NCBI GenBank assembly: GCA_031262885.1
Contig: JAISGV010000001.1
Span: 822 to 64,821 of the forward strand
DNA from: Endomicrobium sp.
GTDB lineage: Bacteria > Elusimicrobiota > Endomicrobiia > Endomicrobiales > Endomicrobiaceae
DNA length: 64,000 bases
Direction: 5' to 3'
Shown here: positions 32,830 to 42,615 of the stretch, one piece after another
Layout of the letters: the number at the start of each line of letters is the position of its first letter
Numbering within the stretch: the first letter of the stretch is position 1
Position numbers and translations under genes: made by a program
Notes under the pieces: model-generated
What the model was told of the DNA's origin: nothing
Database searches by the model: none
What the model saw: only the letters and a program-made list of their open reading frames with translations

Positions 32830-33042
32830 GTGGTATTACCTGGAGTATACATATTTACCGCTACTAATTGTAGTAAAGAATTTAGCTATAAGCTATTTAA
32901 TATGGGATTTATACCTGGTGTAAAATTAAGAGTTATTAGCAATAATGGAGGTTTAATAATTAAAATAAAGGAATCCAAAATTGCTCTGAATATGAAAACC
33001 GCAAATGGTATTTTATTAAAATGGAATAAGCAACTTTTATGA
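32830..33042 (+). CDS. feoA: Ferrous iron transport protein A (start uncertain; see findings)
   Basis: KLFNMGFIPG..LRV, SKIAL...A..I; overlaps feoB start. Confidence 0.82.
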   Translation: MVLPGVYIFTATNCSKEFSYKLFNMGFIPGVKLRVISNNGGLIIKIKESKIALNMKTANGILLKWNKQLL

Positions 33043-35111
33043 AAGATAGTATAAAAATTGCGATTATTGGTAACCCAAATGTTGGCAAATCCACTATATT
33101 TAATAATTTAACGAGATCAAATCAACAAGTAGGTAATTATTCCGGTGTTACAGTAGATAAAAAAGAAATAGAAATAATTTATAAAAATTACAAAATAATT
33201 CTTGTAGATTTACCAGGAATATATAGTTTATCAACTTATTCAAATGATGAAATTGTTACTAAAGATTTTTTATTAAGAAATAAAATCGATATAATTATTA
33301 ATGTATTAAATGCAAATAGCTTAAATCGTAATTTATATTTATTTACTCAAATAATAGAATTAAAAATATATACAATAGTTGTATTAAACATGATAGATAT
33401 TTTAGAATCACATGATAAAAAAATTGATATAACAAAAATGGCAAACATTATAGGATATCCTATTTTTACAACTATAGCAAATAAAGGAATAGGCATTAAA
33501 AATCTTTTAAATTATATAATTAAAATATGTAAAAAAAATGAAATAGAAAAACAATTAAAAACTAAAGCAAAGATTAATTATGGAACAGAAATCTCAAATG
33601 AAATGAACAAACTAAATAATTTAGTTTCGATAAATATTAAATTATCTCAATTTCCTAAAACTTGGTTTTTAATGAAACTTTTAGAATGTGATTTTTCAAT
33701 TTTAGAGTTTTTACAGAATAAAAATCATGAAATTATAAAGCAAATTTATGCAAGTAATAAATATATAAAAAAAAAATTTAAAAAAGACATTAAAACAATA
33801 ATAGCTAGTAAACGTTATTGTTTTGTAGAAAGTATTATAAGTGAAATAATAGCTAAAAAAAATAACAATAAAAGATTTATTGATATAACAGAAATTATAG
33901 ATAGATTTGTTTTAAATAAATACTTAGAATTACCTATTTTCTTTTTTGTTACTTATTTTATTTTCAAATTTACATTTTCATTTTCTAAACCTATTGTATT
34001 TCTTCTTAATTCATGTTTTAAAATTATTGGAAACAGAATACCTGTAATAATATCGAATAATTATTTACAGTCTTTACTTGTAAATGGAATAATAGGAGGT
34101 GTAGGAAGTGTATTAGGATTTTTTCCCATCATAATTTTTATGTTTTTAGCAATATCATTTCTAGAAGATTTTGGTTATATGTCCCGGTCTGCGTTTATTA
34201 TGGATAAAATTACTAGTAAATTTGGTATAGGAGGTAAATCATTTCTTCCTTTAATGTTGTCAACTAATGGTTGTGCTGTACCAGGTATAATTGCGACAAG
34301 AATGTTAGATTCAAAACATGACAGATTTATAACTATGTTTATAGTTCCATATATGATATGTGGAGCTAAAATTCCAGTATTTGCATTAATAATAGGAGCA
34401 ATTTTTGATATAAAATATCAATCAATCATAATGTTTTTGATGTATATTATTAGTTTTATTATTGCTCTTAGTGTAGCAAAATTACTTAGTATTCTCACCA
34501 AAAAAAATGAAACAATTGATTCTTATAATTTTATTATAGAATTGCCTCCTTATAATTTCCCGCCAATATTTAAAACATTGTTATCAAAGACATGGCAAAG
34601 AAGTTGGTTATATCTTCGTAAAGCTAGCATATTAGTTATTACAACTTCCATTTTGACATGGGTAATATTTAGCGCTCCATGGCCTATCAATAGTAAAAAT
34701 AATATTCAACAAAATAATATTGCAAATAATATATCTAAAATCATTGAGCCGGTATTTAAACCAATAGGTATGGATGGTAAAAAAGCCATATCTCTTTTTT
34801 CTGGATTTATAGCTAAAGAAATGATAGTAAGTACTTTAAGTACAGTTTATTCCGTAGAGTATAAAAATAAATTTATAACGTTAAAAGAAAGAATAAGAGA
34901 AAATAGAGATTGGAAACCGTTAAAAGCTATTACATTTTTATTATTTTGTTTAATATATATGCCGTGTATGTCAACTGTAGCTATTTTTTTTAAAGAGGTT
35001 GGAGCTAAATATAAATGGTTAATGCTAATGACATTAGGTAATACTGTTTTAGCTTGGATAATATCATTTATTGTTTATCAAATCGGTAAATTTCTTAAAT
35101 TAGGAATTTAA
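33039..35111 (+). CDS. feoB: Ferrous iron transport protein B
   Basis: GNPNVGKST, GVTVD, DLPG, NMID; LEDFGYMSR, GCAVP, ELPPY, PC. Confidence 0.97.
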   Translation: MKDSIKIAIIGNPNVGKSTIFNNLTRSNQQVGNYSGVTVDKKEIEIIYKNYKIILVDLPGIYSLSTYSNDEIVTKDFLLRNKIDIIINVLNANSLNRNLYLFTQIIELKIYTIVVLNMIDILESHDKKIDITKMANIIGYPIFTTIANKGIGIKNLLNYIIKICKKNEIEKQLKTKAKINYGTEISNEMNKLNNLVSINIKLSQFPKTWFLMKLLECDFSILEFLQNKNHEIIKQIYASNKYIKKKFKKDIKTIIASKRYCFVESIISEIIAKKNNNKRFIDITEIIDRFVLNKYLELPIFFFVTYFIFKFTFSFSKPIVFLLNSCFKIIGNRIPVIISNNYLQSLLVNGIIGGVGSVLGFFPIIIFMFLAISFLEDFGYMSRSAFIMDKITSKFGIGGKSFLPLMLSTNGCAVPGIIATRMLDSKHDRFITMFIVPYMICGAKIPVFALIIGAIFDIKYQSIIMFLMYIISFIIALSVAKLLSILTKKNETIDSYNFIIELPPYNFPPIFKTLLSKTWQRSWLYLRKASILVITTSILTWVIFSAPWPINSKNNIQQNNIANNISKIIEPVFKPIGMDGKKAISLFSGFIAKEMIVSTLSTVYSVEYKNKFITLKERIRENRDWKPLKAITFLLFCLIYMPCMSTVAIFFKEVGAKYKWLMLMTLGNTVLAWIISFIVYQIGKFLKLGI

Positions 35112-35141
35112 ATAAAAAAATAATTATATAATACACATTAA

Positions 35142-35213
35142 TGGAGCCAATGGGAATCGAACCCATGTTTTATTGTTGCGAACAATATGTTTTTCCTATT
35201 AAACTATGGCCCC
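35142..35213 (-). tRNA. tRNA-Ala(CGC)
   Basis: Reverse complement GGGGCCA...TATTG-TTCGCAA-CAATA...ATGGGTTCGATTCCCAT TGGCTCC A; G3:U70 and A73 Ala identity elements. Confidence 0.9.
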
Positions 35214-35273
35214 TTTTTAATTCTAAATATTAATATTTAGAAATTTTTATTTATATAGGAGTAAATTATTATT

Positions 35274-36776
35274 ATGGCATATATTAATTTAACTAAGAAA
35301 TTTAGACCAAAAAAATTCAGTGAAATTATAAATCAAGATCACATTTGCCAAGCTTTAATGAATTCTATAGCTAAAGAACATATTTCTTATGCTTATTTAT
35401 TTAGTGGTAATAGAGGTTGTGGTAAAACTACAATGGCAAGAGTTTTTGCAAAAACGTTAAATTGTAAAAATAGAATTATTAATGAACCTTGTAATATATG
35501 TGAAAATTGTATAGATATTGAAAAAAGCCATAGTCTAGATGTATTAGAAATTGATGGAGCTTCTAATAATGGTGTAGATGAAATGCGAAATTTAAAAAAT
35601 AATGTTATGTTATCAAATATTAATTCAAAATATAAAATTTATATTATAGACGAAGCTCAACAAATAACATCTTATGCATTTAATGTCTTATTAAAGACTT
35701 TGGAAGAACCTCCAAAATGTGTAGTTTTTATTTTAGTAACAACTGAACAATATAAAATTCCTATTACCATTCTTTCAAGATGTCAAAGATACAGATTTAA
35801 ATCTATATCAAATAGTTCTATAAAAGATTTTTTAGAAAAAATAACAAAAAAAGAACATCTTGAAATAACTGATGAAGCACTCAATATAATAGTATCATTA
35901 TCTAATGGTTCAATAAGAGATTCTTTAATACTTTTAGAACAAATTTCAAATATGAAAGATATTAAAATAACCAGTGAACACATAAAAGAATTAATAGGAA
36001 TAGTACCTAATAATATTATATTAGTAATGATAAAAAGCTTATTACAGAAAGATATAAAAATGATATTTAAAATTGTGAACAAAATTTATAAATTAGGATA
36101 CAATATAATACAATTTACTAAGGACTTAAGAGATTTTTTAAGAAAAATTATGATTTATTCTATAAATCCAAGAATCATAGAAATTTTTCCTGAAGAACAA
36201 GAAATTCTTAAAAATTTAAAAATTAAAATTTCAATTAATACTTATATTCATATTAATACTATATTATCTAAAGCTATAAATAATATGTATCAGTATGATA
36301 AACCAATAGTTATTTTAGAGATTTACTTATTAAAAGCAACTGAAACTTATTATAATGCTAAAGAATTTATAAATAAATTGGATGAATTAATTGAAAAAAT
36401 ACAAACCTCAGATAATGAGTATAATAATCAATTTGCACAAAAACATTTTGATGATACTAAATTAAAACATGAATGGAAAATGATAATTAATGAATTAGGT
36501 AATAAACATCCATTAATTGCTATGTCATTGAAAAATGCATTAATAAAAATAACTTCAGATAATTTTATACAGTTGACAGTTTTCAATCAATTTGATTATG
36601 ATAACATCGTAGATTTAAAAGAGGAAATACATTATCTTCTTAAAAAAAAAGTTAATTTAAATATAGAACTTAATATCATAAAAAGTGACATAACAAATAA
36701 TTATTTAAAAGAAATTCCTAAACATATAGAAGAAATAGCAACAGATTTTAATTCTAAAATTGAATTGCCTAAATAG
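35274..36776 (+). CDS. dnaX: DNA polymerase III subunit gamma/tau
   Basis: KFRPKKF, GNRGCGKTT, Zn cysteines, EIDGASN, LLKTLEEPP, SRC. Confidence 0.96.
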   Translation: MAYINLTKKFRPKKFSEIINQDHICQALMNSIAKEHISYAYLFSGNRGCGKTTMARVFAKTLNCKNRIINEPCNICENCIDIEKSHSLDVLEIDGASNNGVDEMRNLKNNVMLSNINSKYKIYIIDEAQQITSYAFNVLLKTLEEPPKCVVFILVTTEQYKIPITILSRCQRYRFKSISNSSIKDFLEKITKKEHLEITDEALNIIVSLSNGSIRDSLILLEQISNMKDIKITSEHIKELIGIVPNNIILVMIKSLLQKDIKMIFKIVNKIYKLGYNIIQFTKDLRDFLRKIMIYSINPRIIEIFPEEQEILKNLKIKISINTYIHINTILSKAINNMYQYDKPIVILEIYLLKATETYYNAKEFINKLDELIEKIQTSDNEYNNQFAQKHFDDTKLKHEWKMIINELGNKHPLIAMSLKNALIKITSDNFIQLTVFNQFDYDNIVDLKEEIHYLLKKKVNLNIELNIIKSDITNNYLKEIPKHIEEIATDFNSKIELPK

Positions 36777-36916
36777 TATGCAATATTAATAATTTAAATA
36801 AAAATTATAGAAATATTAAATTATTGATCATATATTTAACGTTATAAAAGTTAGAATTAATTATATTATGTATGAAGTATATACTTTTACTTTTTATAAA
36901 CCGGAGGATTAAATTT

Positions 36917-37498
36917 ATGGAATTACTTAAAGTCATAGAAATTAGATGGCATGGAAGAGGAGGTCAAGGAGCTAAAACAGCTTCTTTATTTTTTGCTGAA
37001 ATAATGTTAGCCACTGGAAAATATATACAGGCTTTTCCAGAATATGGACCAGAAAGGATGGGCGCTCCTATGAAATCTTATAATAGATTAAGTGAGAATC
37101 CTATAACACTACATACAAATGTTATAAATCCAGATTATGTTGTTGTTTTAGATCCTACATTAATAGAAGTTGTTAATTTAACTAACGGACTTAATAAAAC
37201 CGGTAAAATTATAATTAATACTTCATTTGATTCCGAATATATTGCTAAAAAAATTAATTTTAATAAAAAACATGTCTATGTTATAGATGCTAGTAAAATA
37301 GCAATAAAAAATATTGGTAAAAACATTCCTAATACTACTATGCTAGGCGCTTTAATAAAAGTTATGAATATTTTAGATATAAATGAAGCATTAAATAATA
37401 TAGAAACTAAGCTTAATATAAAATTTAGAACTAAAACACATTTAATCTCAGGGAATTTAGATTCTATAAAACAAGCTTTCTATGAGGTAAAAAATTAA
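36917..37498 (+). CDS. porC: Pyruvate/2-oxoacid:ferredoxin oxidoreductase gamma subunit
   Basis: EIRWHGRGGQGAKTA, PEYGPERMGAP; GGAGG SD before ATG 36917. Confidence 0.93.
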   Translation: MELLKVIEIRWHGRGGQGAKTASLFFAEIMLATGKYIQAFPEYGPERMGAPMKSYNRLSENPITLHTNVINPDYVVVLDPTLIEVVNLTNGLNKTGKIIINTSFDSEYIAKKINFNKKHVYVIDASKIAIKNIGKNIPNTTMLGALIKVMNILDINEALNNIETKLNIKFRTKTHLISGNLDSIKQAFYEVKN

Positions 37499-37546
37499 TT
37501 TTATAATATAATTTTAATATCAAATAATTTTAGGAGTTAAAACACA

Positions 37547-37858
37547 GTGAAAAAAAAAGAAGAATATAAAATGACGGCAAAGGAATTATGTATAGGAGAC
37601 ATAGTAGATTTTAATCCACTAAATAAATTTTATACTGGAAATTGGCGTTCCAGAAAAAAACCAATCTTAGATAAAAATAAATGTATTAATTGTTTAATAT
37701 GTTGGATATCATGTCCTGATTCTTCTATAAAAGTTGTTTCAGATGATGCGAAAATATCAATAGTTGATAATATTGATTATAATTTTTGTAAAGGTTGTGG
37801 GATTTGTGCAATGGAATGCAAAAACGGAGCTATAAAAATGGAAGAGGAAAAAAAATAA
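37547..37858 (+). CDS. porD: Pyruvate/2-oxoacid:ferredoxin oxidoreductase delta subunit
   Basis: TGNWR, CINCLICWISCP, CKGCGICAMEC (2x 4Fe-4S). Confidence 0.93.
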   Translation: MKKKEEYKMTAKELCIGDIVDFNPLNKFYTGNWRSRKKPILDKNKCINCLICWISCPDSSIKVVSDDAKISIVDNIDYNFCKGCGICAMECKNGAIKMEEEKK

Positions 37859-37887
37859 TTTTTTTTTAGCATAGGAGTATTTTAAAA

Positions 37888-39090
37888 ATGATAAAAACAG
37901 TATATCCAACTGGTAAAATTGTAGCAAAAACAGGAAACGAAGCTATTGCGGAAGCTATGCGGCAAATAGAGCCTGATGTAGTTGCTGCTTATCCTATTAC
38001 TCCAGCAACAGAAATAATGCAAATATTTTCTCAATTTATTGCAGATGGGATTATTGGCAGTGAATATATCGCAGTAGAAAGTGAGCATTCTGCAATGTCT
38101 GCAACTATAGCAGCTTCAGCAGCAGGTGCCAGAGCAATGACAGGAACATCTTCTCAAGGGTTAGCATTTATGTGGGAAATGTTATATATTGCTTCTGGAT
38201 TACGTTTACCTATAGTAATGGCAGAAGTAAATAGGGCAATTTCAGCTCCTATTAATATTCATGGTGATCATTCTGATTCTATGGGAACTAGAGATTCCGG
38301 ATGGATACAACTATATTCCGAAAATTCTCAAGAAGCATATGATAATATGATTCAAGCTATTAGGATTTCAGAAAAAGCTAAACTACCAGTTATGGTTACA
38401 ACTGACGGATTTGTTATTTCACATTGTATGGAAGTAGTTGAGATTTATCCTGATAAAGATGTTAAAGCTTTTATTGGAGATTATAATCCTGATAGATATC
38501 TTCTAGATATAAAACATCCTTATACCTTAGGAGCCATTGATTTACAAGATTATTATTTTGAACATCGTTATCAACTGTCAAAAGCAATAGAAGATTCTAA
38601 AAATATAATTCTTAATGTATCTAAAGATTTTTTTAATAGTTTTAAACGTAAGTATGATTTTTATGAGAAATATATGCTTGACGATGCCGAAATAGCTATT
38701 GTAGTAATAGGCTCAACTGCAGGAACTGTAAAATTAGTAGTTAAAGAATTAAGGAACAAAGGCATAAAAGCAGGTTTATTAAAAATAAGAGTTTATAGAC
38801 CATTTCCAAGCAAGCAAATTGCTAAAGAGCTTGCAAGTATAAAAGCTATCGCTATTATGGATAAATCTGATTCTTGCTCTGGAGCTTTTGCTCCAATTTA
38901 TTCTGATATTGTTGCTTCTTTATATTCTAATGGTATTGTAAAACCTAAAGTTCTAAATTGCGTTTATGGATTAGGAGGAAGAGACATTACAATTAAACAA
39001 ATAATAAATATATATGAGATTCTTATAAAGATCGCTTCTGGAATTAAATATCCTACAAATATAATAAACTATATAAATGTAAGAAAATAA
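37888..39090 (+). CDS. porA: Pyruvate/2-oxoacid:ferredoxin oxidoreductase alpha subunit
   Basis: GNEA, AYPITP, ESEHSA, TSSQG, YGLGGRD. Confidence 0.95.
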   Translation: MIKTVYPTGKIVAKTGNEAIAEAMRQIEPDVVAAYPITPATEIMQIFSQFIADGIIGSEYIAVESEHSAMSATIAASAAGARAMTGTSSQGLAFMWEMLYIASGLRLPIVMAEVNRAISAPINIHGDHSDSMGTRDSGWIQLYSENSQEAYDNMIQAIRISEKAKLPVMVTTDGFVISHCMEVVEIYPDKDVKAFIGDYNPDRYLLDIKHPYTLGAIDLQDYYFEHRYQLSKAIEDSKNIILNVSKDFFNSFKRKYDFYEKYMLDDAEIAIVVIGSTAGTVKLVVKELRNKGIKAGLLKIRVYRPFPSKQIAKELASIKAIAIMDKSDSCSGAFAPIYSDIVASLYSNGIVKPKVLNCVYGLGGRDITIKQIINIYEILIKIASGIKYPTNIINYINVRK

Positions 39091-39106
39091 AAAAGAGGAA
39101 GAATGT

Positions 39107-40045
39107 ATGATTAACTTGAAAAGTTTAAGTAAATTTACAGAACGATTTGTAAGTGGACATAGGCTTTGTCCTGGCTGTGGAGCAGGCATAATGGCAAGAC
39201 AAGTTTTAATGGCAGTAGAAAAAAAATCAATTGTAATTACTAGTGCCACAGGTTGTTTAGAAGTATCAACTACGGTTTTTCCGTATACTGCTTGGAAAGA
39301 CTCCTTTTTTCATAGTGCTTTTGCAAATTCAGCAGCAACATGTAGCGGAATAGAATCTGCATATAATAGTCTTAAAAAAAAAGGAAAAATAAAAAGTGAA
39401 ATGAAATTCATTGCTTTTGGAGGCGATGGTGGAACTGGCGATATTGGTCTACAAGCTTTATCAGGAGCATTAGAAAGACAACATAATATGCTTTATATAT
39501 GTTATAACAATGAGGCATATATGAATACTGGAGTACAAAGATCTGGATTAACTCCTAAAGGAGCTAGTACGACAACAGCTCCAATAGGTGTTTTTTCACA
39601 AGGTAAAGTACAAAATAGTAAAGACTTAACTCAAATAGTAGCGGCTCATGATATTCCGTATGTTGCTCAGAGTAATATAGGTCATTGGCATGATTTTATT
39701 AGAAAAGTTCAAAAAGCTCTATCCATTAAAGGGCCATCATTTATAAATGTCTTAACACCTTGTAGATTAGGTTGGAATTATAAATCAGAATATACTATGG
39801 CTATAGCAAGATTAGCTAATGAGACTTGTATTTGGCCATCTTATGAAGTGGAAAAAGGAATCTACAAAATTAGTATAAATCCTAATCCTAAAAAACCAGT
39901 TATTGATTTTTTAAAATTACAAGGAAGATTTAAACATCTTTTTAAAAAAGATAATATCCATATTATTAATAAAATACAAAAAGATGTAGATTTAAAATGG
40001 AATAATTTAAAGAAAAAAGAACGTATTACTGCTGAATCAATTTAA
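39107..40045 (+). CDS. porB: Pyruvate/2-oxoacid:ferredoxin oxidoreductase beta subunit
   Basis: GHRLCPGCG, TGC, GGDGG TPP motif, NEAYMNTG.Q. Confidence 0.95.
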   Translation: MINLKSLSKFTERFVSGHRLCPGCGAGIMARQVLMAVEKKSIVITSATGCLEVSTTVFPYTAWKDSFFHSAFANSAATCSGIESAYNSLKKKGKIKSEMKFIAFGGDGGTGDIGLQALSGALERQHNMLYICYNNEAYMNTGVQRSGLTPKGASTTTAPIGVFSQGKVQNSKDLTQIVAAHDIPYVAQSNIGHWHDFIRKVQKALSIKGPSFINVLTPCRLGWNYKSEYTMAIARLANETCIWPSYEVEKGIYKISINPNPKKPVIDFLKLQGRFKHLFKKDNIHIINKIQKDVDLKWNNLKKKERITAESI

Positions 40046-40067
40046 TTAATATTTATATTATTAAACT

Positions 40068-42599
40068 ATGAATAGCGTATTAAATATTGATCATATATTA
40101 AATTTAGTAAAAAAACCTGCTAGATATATAAATTCTGAATTAAATTCTTATCCAGCAGATCTAACTCTTAATTTTTCTATAGTTTTATGTTTTCCAGATA
40201 TATATGAAATTGGAGCATCTAACTTAGGATTGGAAATTTTATATCATTTAATAAATGAAAAAAGAATAGCACGTTGTGAAAGAGTATTTGCTCCGGATAT
40301 AGATTTAGAATTTATTTTAAGAAAAGAAAGAATCTGTCTTTTTTCTTTAGAATCTAAAAGTGCTATTAATAAATTTGATATAGTAGGATTTACAATTCAA
40401 TATGAATTAGTCGCAACAAATATTATTAATATTCTTAATTTATCAAACATTCCTGTATTTTCAAAGGATAGGATAGATTCAGATCCAATAGTTATTGCAG
40501 GAGGACCAGCTTTAACAAATCCAGAACCTTTTTGTAATTTTTTTGATTTATTTGTGTTGGGAGATGGAGAAGAAATCATTATAGAATTAATAAACTTATG
40601 TAAAAGGTTTAAAAAATCTAATTTATCTAGAAAAGAAAAACTTATTAAGTTATCATACATAAATGGAATCTATGTGCCATCTCTTTATAACATAACATAT
40701 ACAAATAATGATAGTATAAAATCTATAAATCCAATATATAAAAATGTAAATTCTATAATAGAGAAAAGAATTGTAAACATTAAATCTTCTTATTTCCCAG
40801 AAAGACGGATATTACCATTTGTAAATATTATTCATAATAGATTAAATATAGAACTAGCAAGAGGCTGTTTAGGTAAATGTCGTTTTTGTCAAGCTTCTAA
40901 GTATTATTTCCCTTGGCGTGAAAGACCTATAAATAAAGTACTAAATATTATTAGAAAAAATATAACAGTTGGTTTTGAAGAAATTTCTTTTTCTTCTCTT
41001 TCTTGTAGTGATTATAAAAACTTTGATAAATTATTATTAGAAACATATAATATATACAAAAATAATAATATTAGTTGTAAAATTTCTCTTCCTTCATTAA
41101 GATGTAATAAAAATTCTATTAAAGCAATTCAACAAATTAATAATAAAAAATCAAGTTTAACTTTTGCTCCTGAAGCTGGAACTAATAGATTGAGGAATGT
41201 AATAGGTAAATATATTTCTGAAGAGCAAATAAAAGAAACAATACTTTATGCTAATTCTATTGGTTGGAGAAATATAAAACTTTACTTTATGATAGGATTA
41301 CCTACTGAAAATAATGAAGATTTGCTTGGAATAAGTAAATTAGTGCATTCTATAAAGAAAACTGCAAAAAATTTAAATTTAATTATTAGTATTTCTCCAT
41401 TTATACCTAAAGCGCAAACTCCATTTCAATGGTATCCGATGAATACAATAGAAGAAATAAAACAGAAAACATTTTTTTTAAAAAAATCATTTAATGATAA
41501 TATAAAATTAAAAATTAATAATAATTATATGATGAGTACTTTGGAAGCTTTAATTGCAAAAGGTAATAGAAAATTTTCTGAAATTATTTATGAAGCTTGG
41601 AAGAAAGGAGCTCGTTTTGATCAATGGTCTGATAAATTAAATAATGATTTATGGATGGATGTACTTTCAAAACATGGTATAGATCTAAAAAATAAATATA
41701 ACGATACATATATATATAAAAAACTTGATTATAAGGAAGTTTTGCCTTGGGACCATTTATTTTTTGGAACTTCTAAATTAGCTTTATATAACGAATATAT
41801 TGAAGCTAATAAATGTTATTATAAAGTTAATACAATACAAAAAAATAATAGTTTTTTAAAAAAAGAAGTTAATATAAAAAATAAAACTTTCACAAATTTT
41901 TTAAATGAAAAAAAACAAAACAATTATTATTCCTTTAATGTATTACCTATTTTTAGAGTAAGATTGTGTCTGTCCAAAACAGGAATAATCAGATTTTTAT
42001 CACATTTAGAACAAATTGAAGTATTTAAAAATGCTGTAAGGCGTTCGAAATTACCAGTAGCATATACTAATGGTTTAAATTCAAAAATTAAATTATCTTA
42101 TGGGCCTCCATTATCTGTTGGCCAGGAAAGTTATAGTGAATACTTGGATATATATCTTATAAAAAAAATTGAAGTTATTAATATAATTGAAAACTTAACT
42201 AAAGAATTACCTGTAGGTTTTAATGTAATTAACGCAAAAAAAATTCCATTATTATTTCCTAGTATAAATGATTTAGTTAATATTATGGAATATAAAATAA
42301 AAGGATTAAATAACAATATAACTCAAGCTATGATTAAAGAATTATTAGATAATAATTCTTTAATCATAGAAAAAGTAAAAAATAAAAAAACAAAAAAGAT
42401 TAATATAATACCTTTAATAAGGTCTTTTAAAAAAACAAATGATTTTTTAAAATTACAAATTCGTTTTAACGTAAAAGAATATATAAAACCGGAAGCAATT
42501 ATTGATTTATTACTTAAACATCATAATGTAGAAGATTTTGTCATAGAAAGGTCAAATTTATTTATTGAAATTAAATCTGGAGAAATATATAACGTTTAA
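40068..42599 (+). CDS. TIGR03960-type radical SAM protein fused to a DUF2344 (TIGR03936) domain
   Basis: KPARY, FPDIYEIGASNLG, NPEP, RGCLGKCRFCQA (CxxxCxxC), TFAPEAG, YFMIGLP, PWDH; C-terminal RFLSHLE...LP..Y..G...LSVG.ES..EY. Confidence 0.88.
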   Translation: MNSVLNIDHILNLVKKPARYINSELNSYPADLTLNFSIVLCFPDIYEIGASNLGLEILYHLINEKRIARCERVFAPDIDLEFILRKERICLFSLESKSAINKFDIVGFTIQYELVATNIINILNLSNIPVFSKDRIDSDPIVIAGGPALTNPEPFCNFFDLFVLGDGEEIIIELINLCKRFKKSNLSRKEKLIKLSYINGIYVPSLYNITYTNNDSIKSINPIYKNVNSIIEKRIVNIKSSYFPERRILPFVNIIHNRLNIELARGCLGKCRFCQASKYYFPWRERPINKVLNIIRKNITVGFEEISFSSLSCSDYKNFDKLLLETYNIYKNNNISCKISLPSLRCNKNSIKAIQQINNKKSSLTFAPEAGTNRLRNVIGKYISEEQIKETILYANSIGWRNIKLYFMIGLPTENNEDLLGISKLVHSIKKTAKNLNLIISISPFIPKAQTPFQWYPMNTIEEIKQKTFFLKKSFNDNIKLKINNNYMMSTLEALIAKGNRKFSEIIYEAWKKGARFDQWSDKLNNDLWMDVLSKHGIDLKNKYNDTYIYKKLDYKEVLPWDHLFFGTSKLALYNEYIEANKCYYKVNTIQKNNSFLKKEVNIKNKTFTNFLNEKKQNNYYSFNVLPIFRVRLCLSKTGIIRFLSHLEQIEVFKNAVRRSKLPVAYTNGLNSKIKLSYGPPLSVGQESYSEYLDIYLIKKIEVINIIENLTKELPVGFNVINAKKIPLLFPSINDLVNIMEYKIKGLNNNITQAMIKELLDNNSLIIEKVKNKKTKKINIIPLIRSFKKTNDFLKLQIRFNVKEYIKPEAIIDLLLKHHNVEDFVIERSNLFIEIKSGEIYNV

Positions 42600-42615
42600 T
42601 TAAATAACGTTAATA

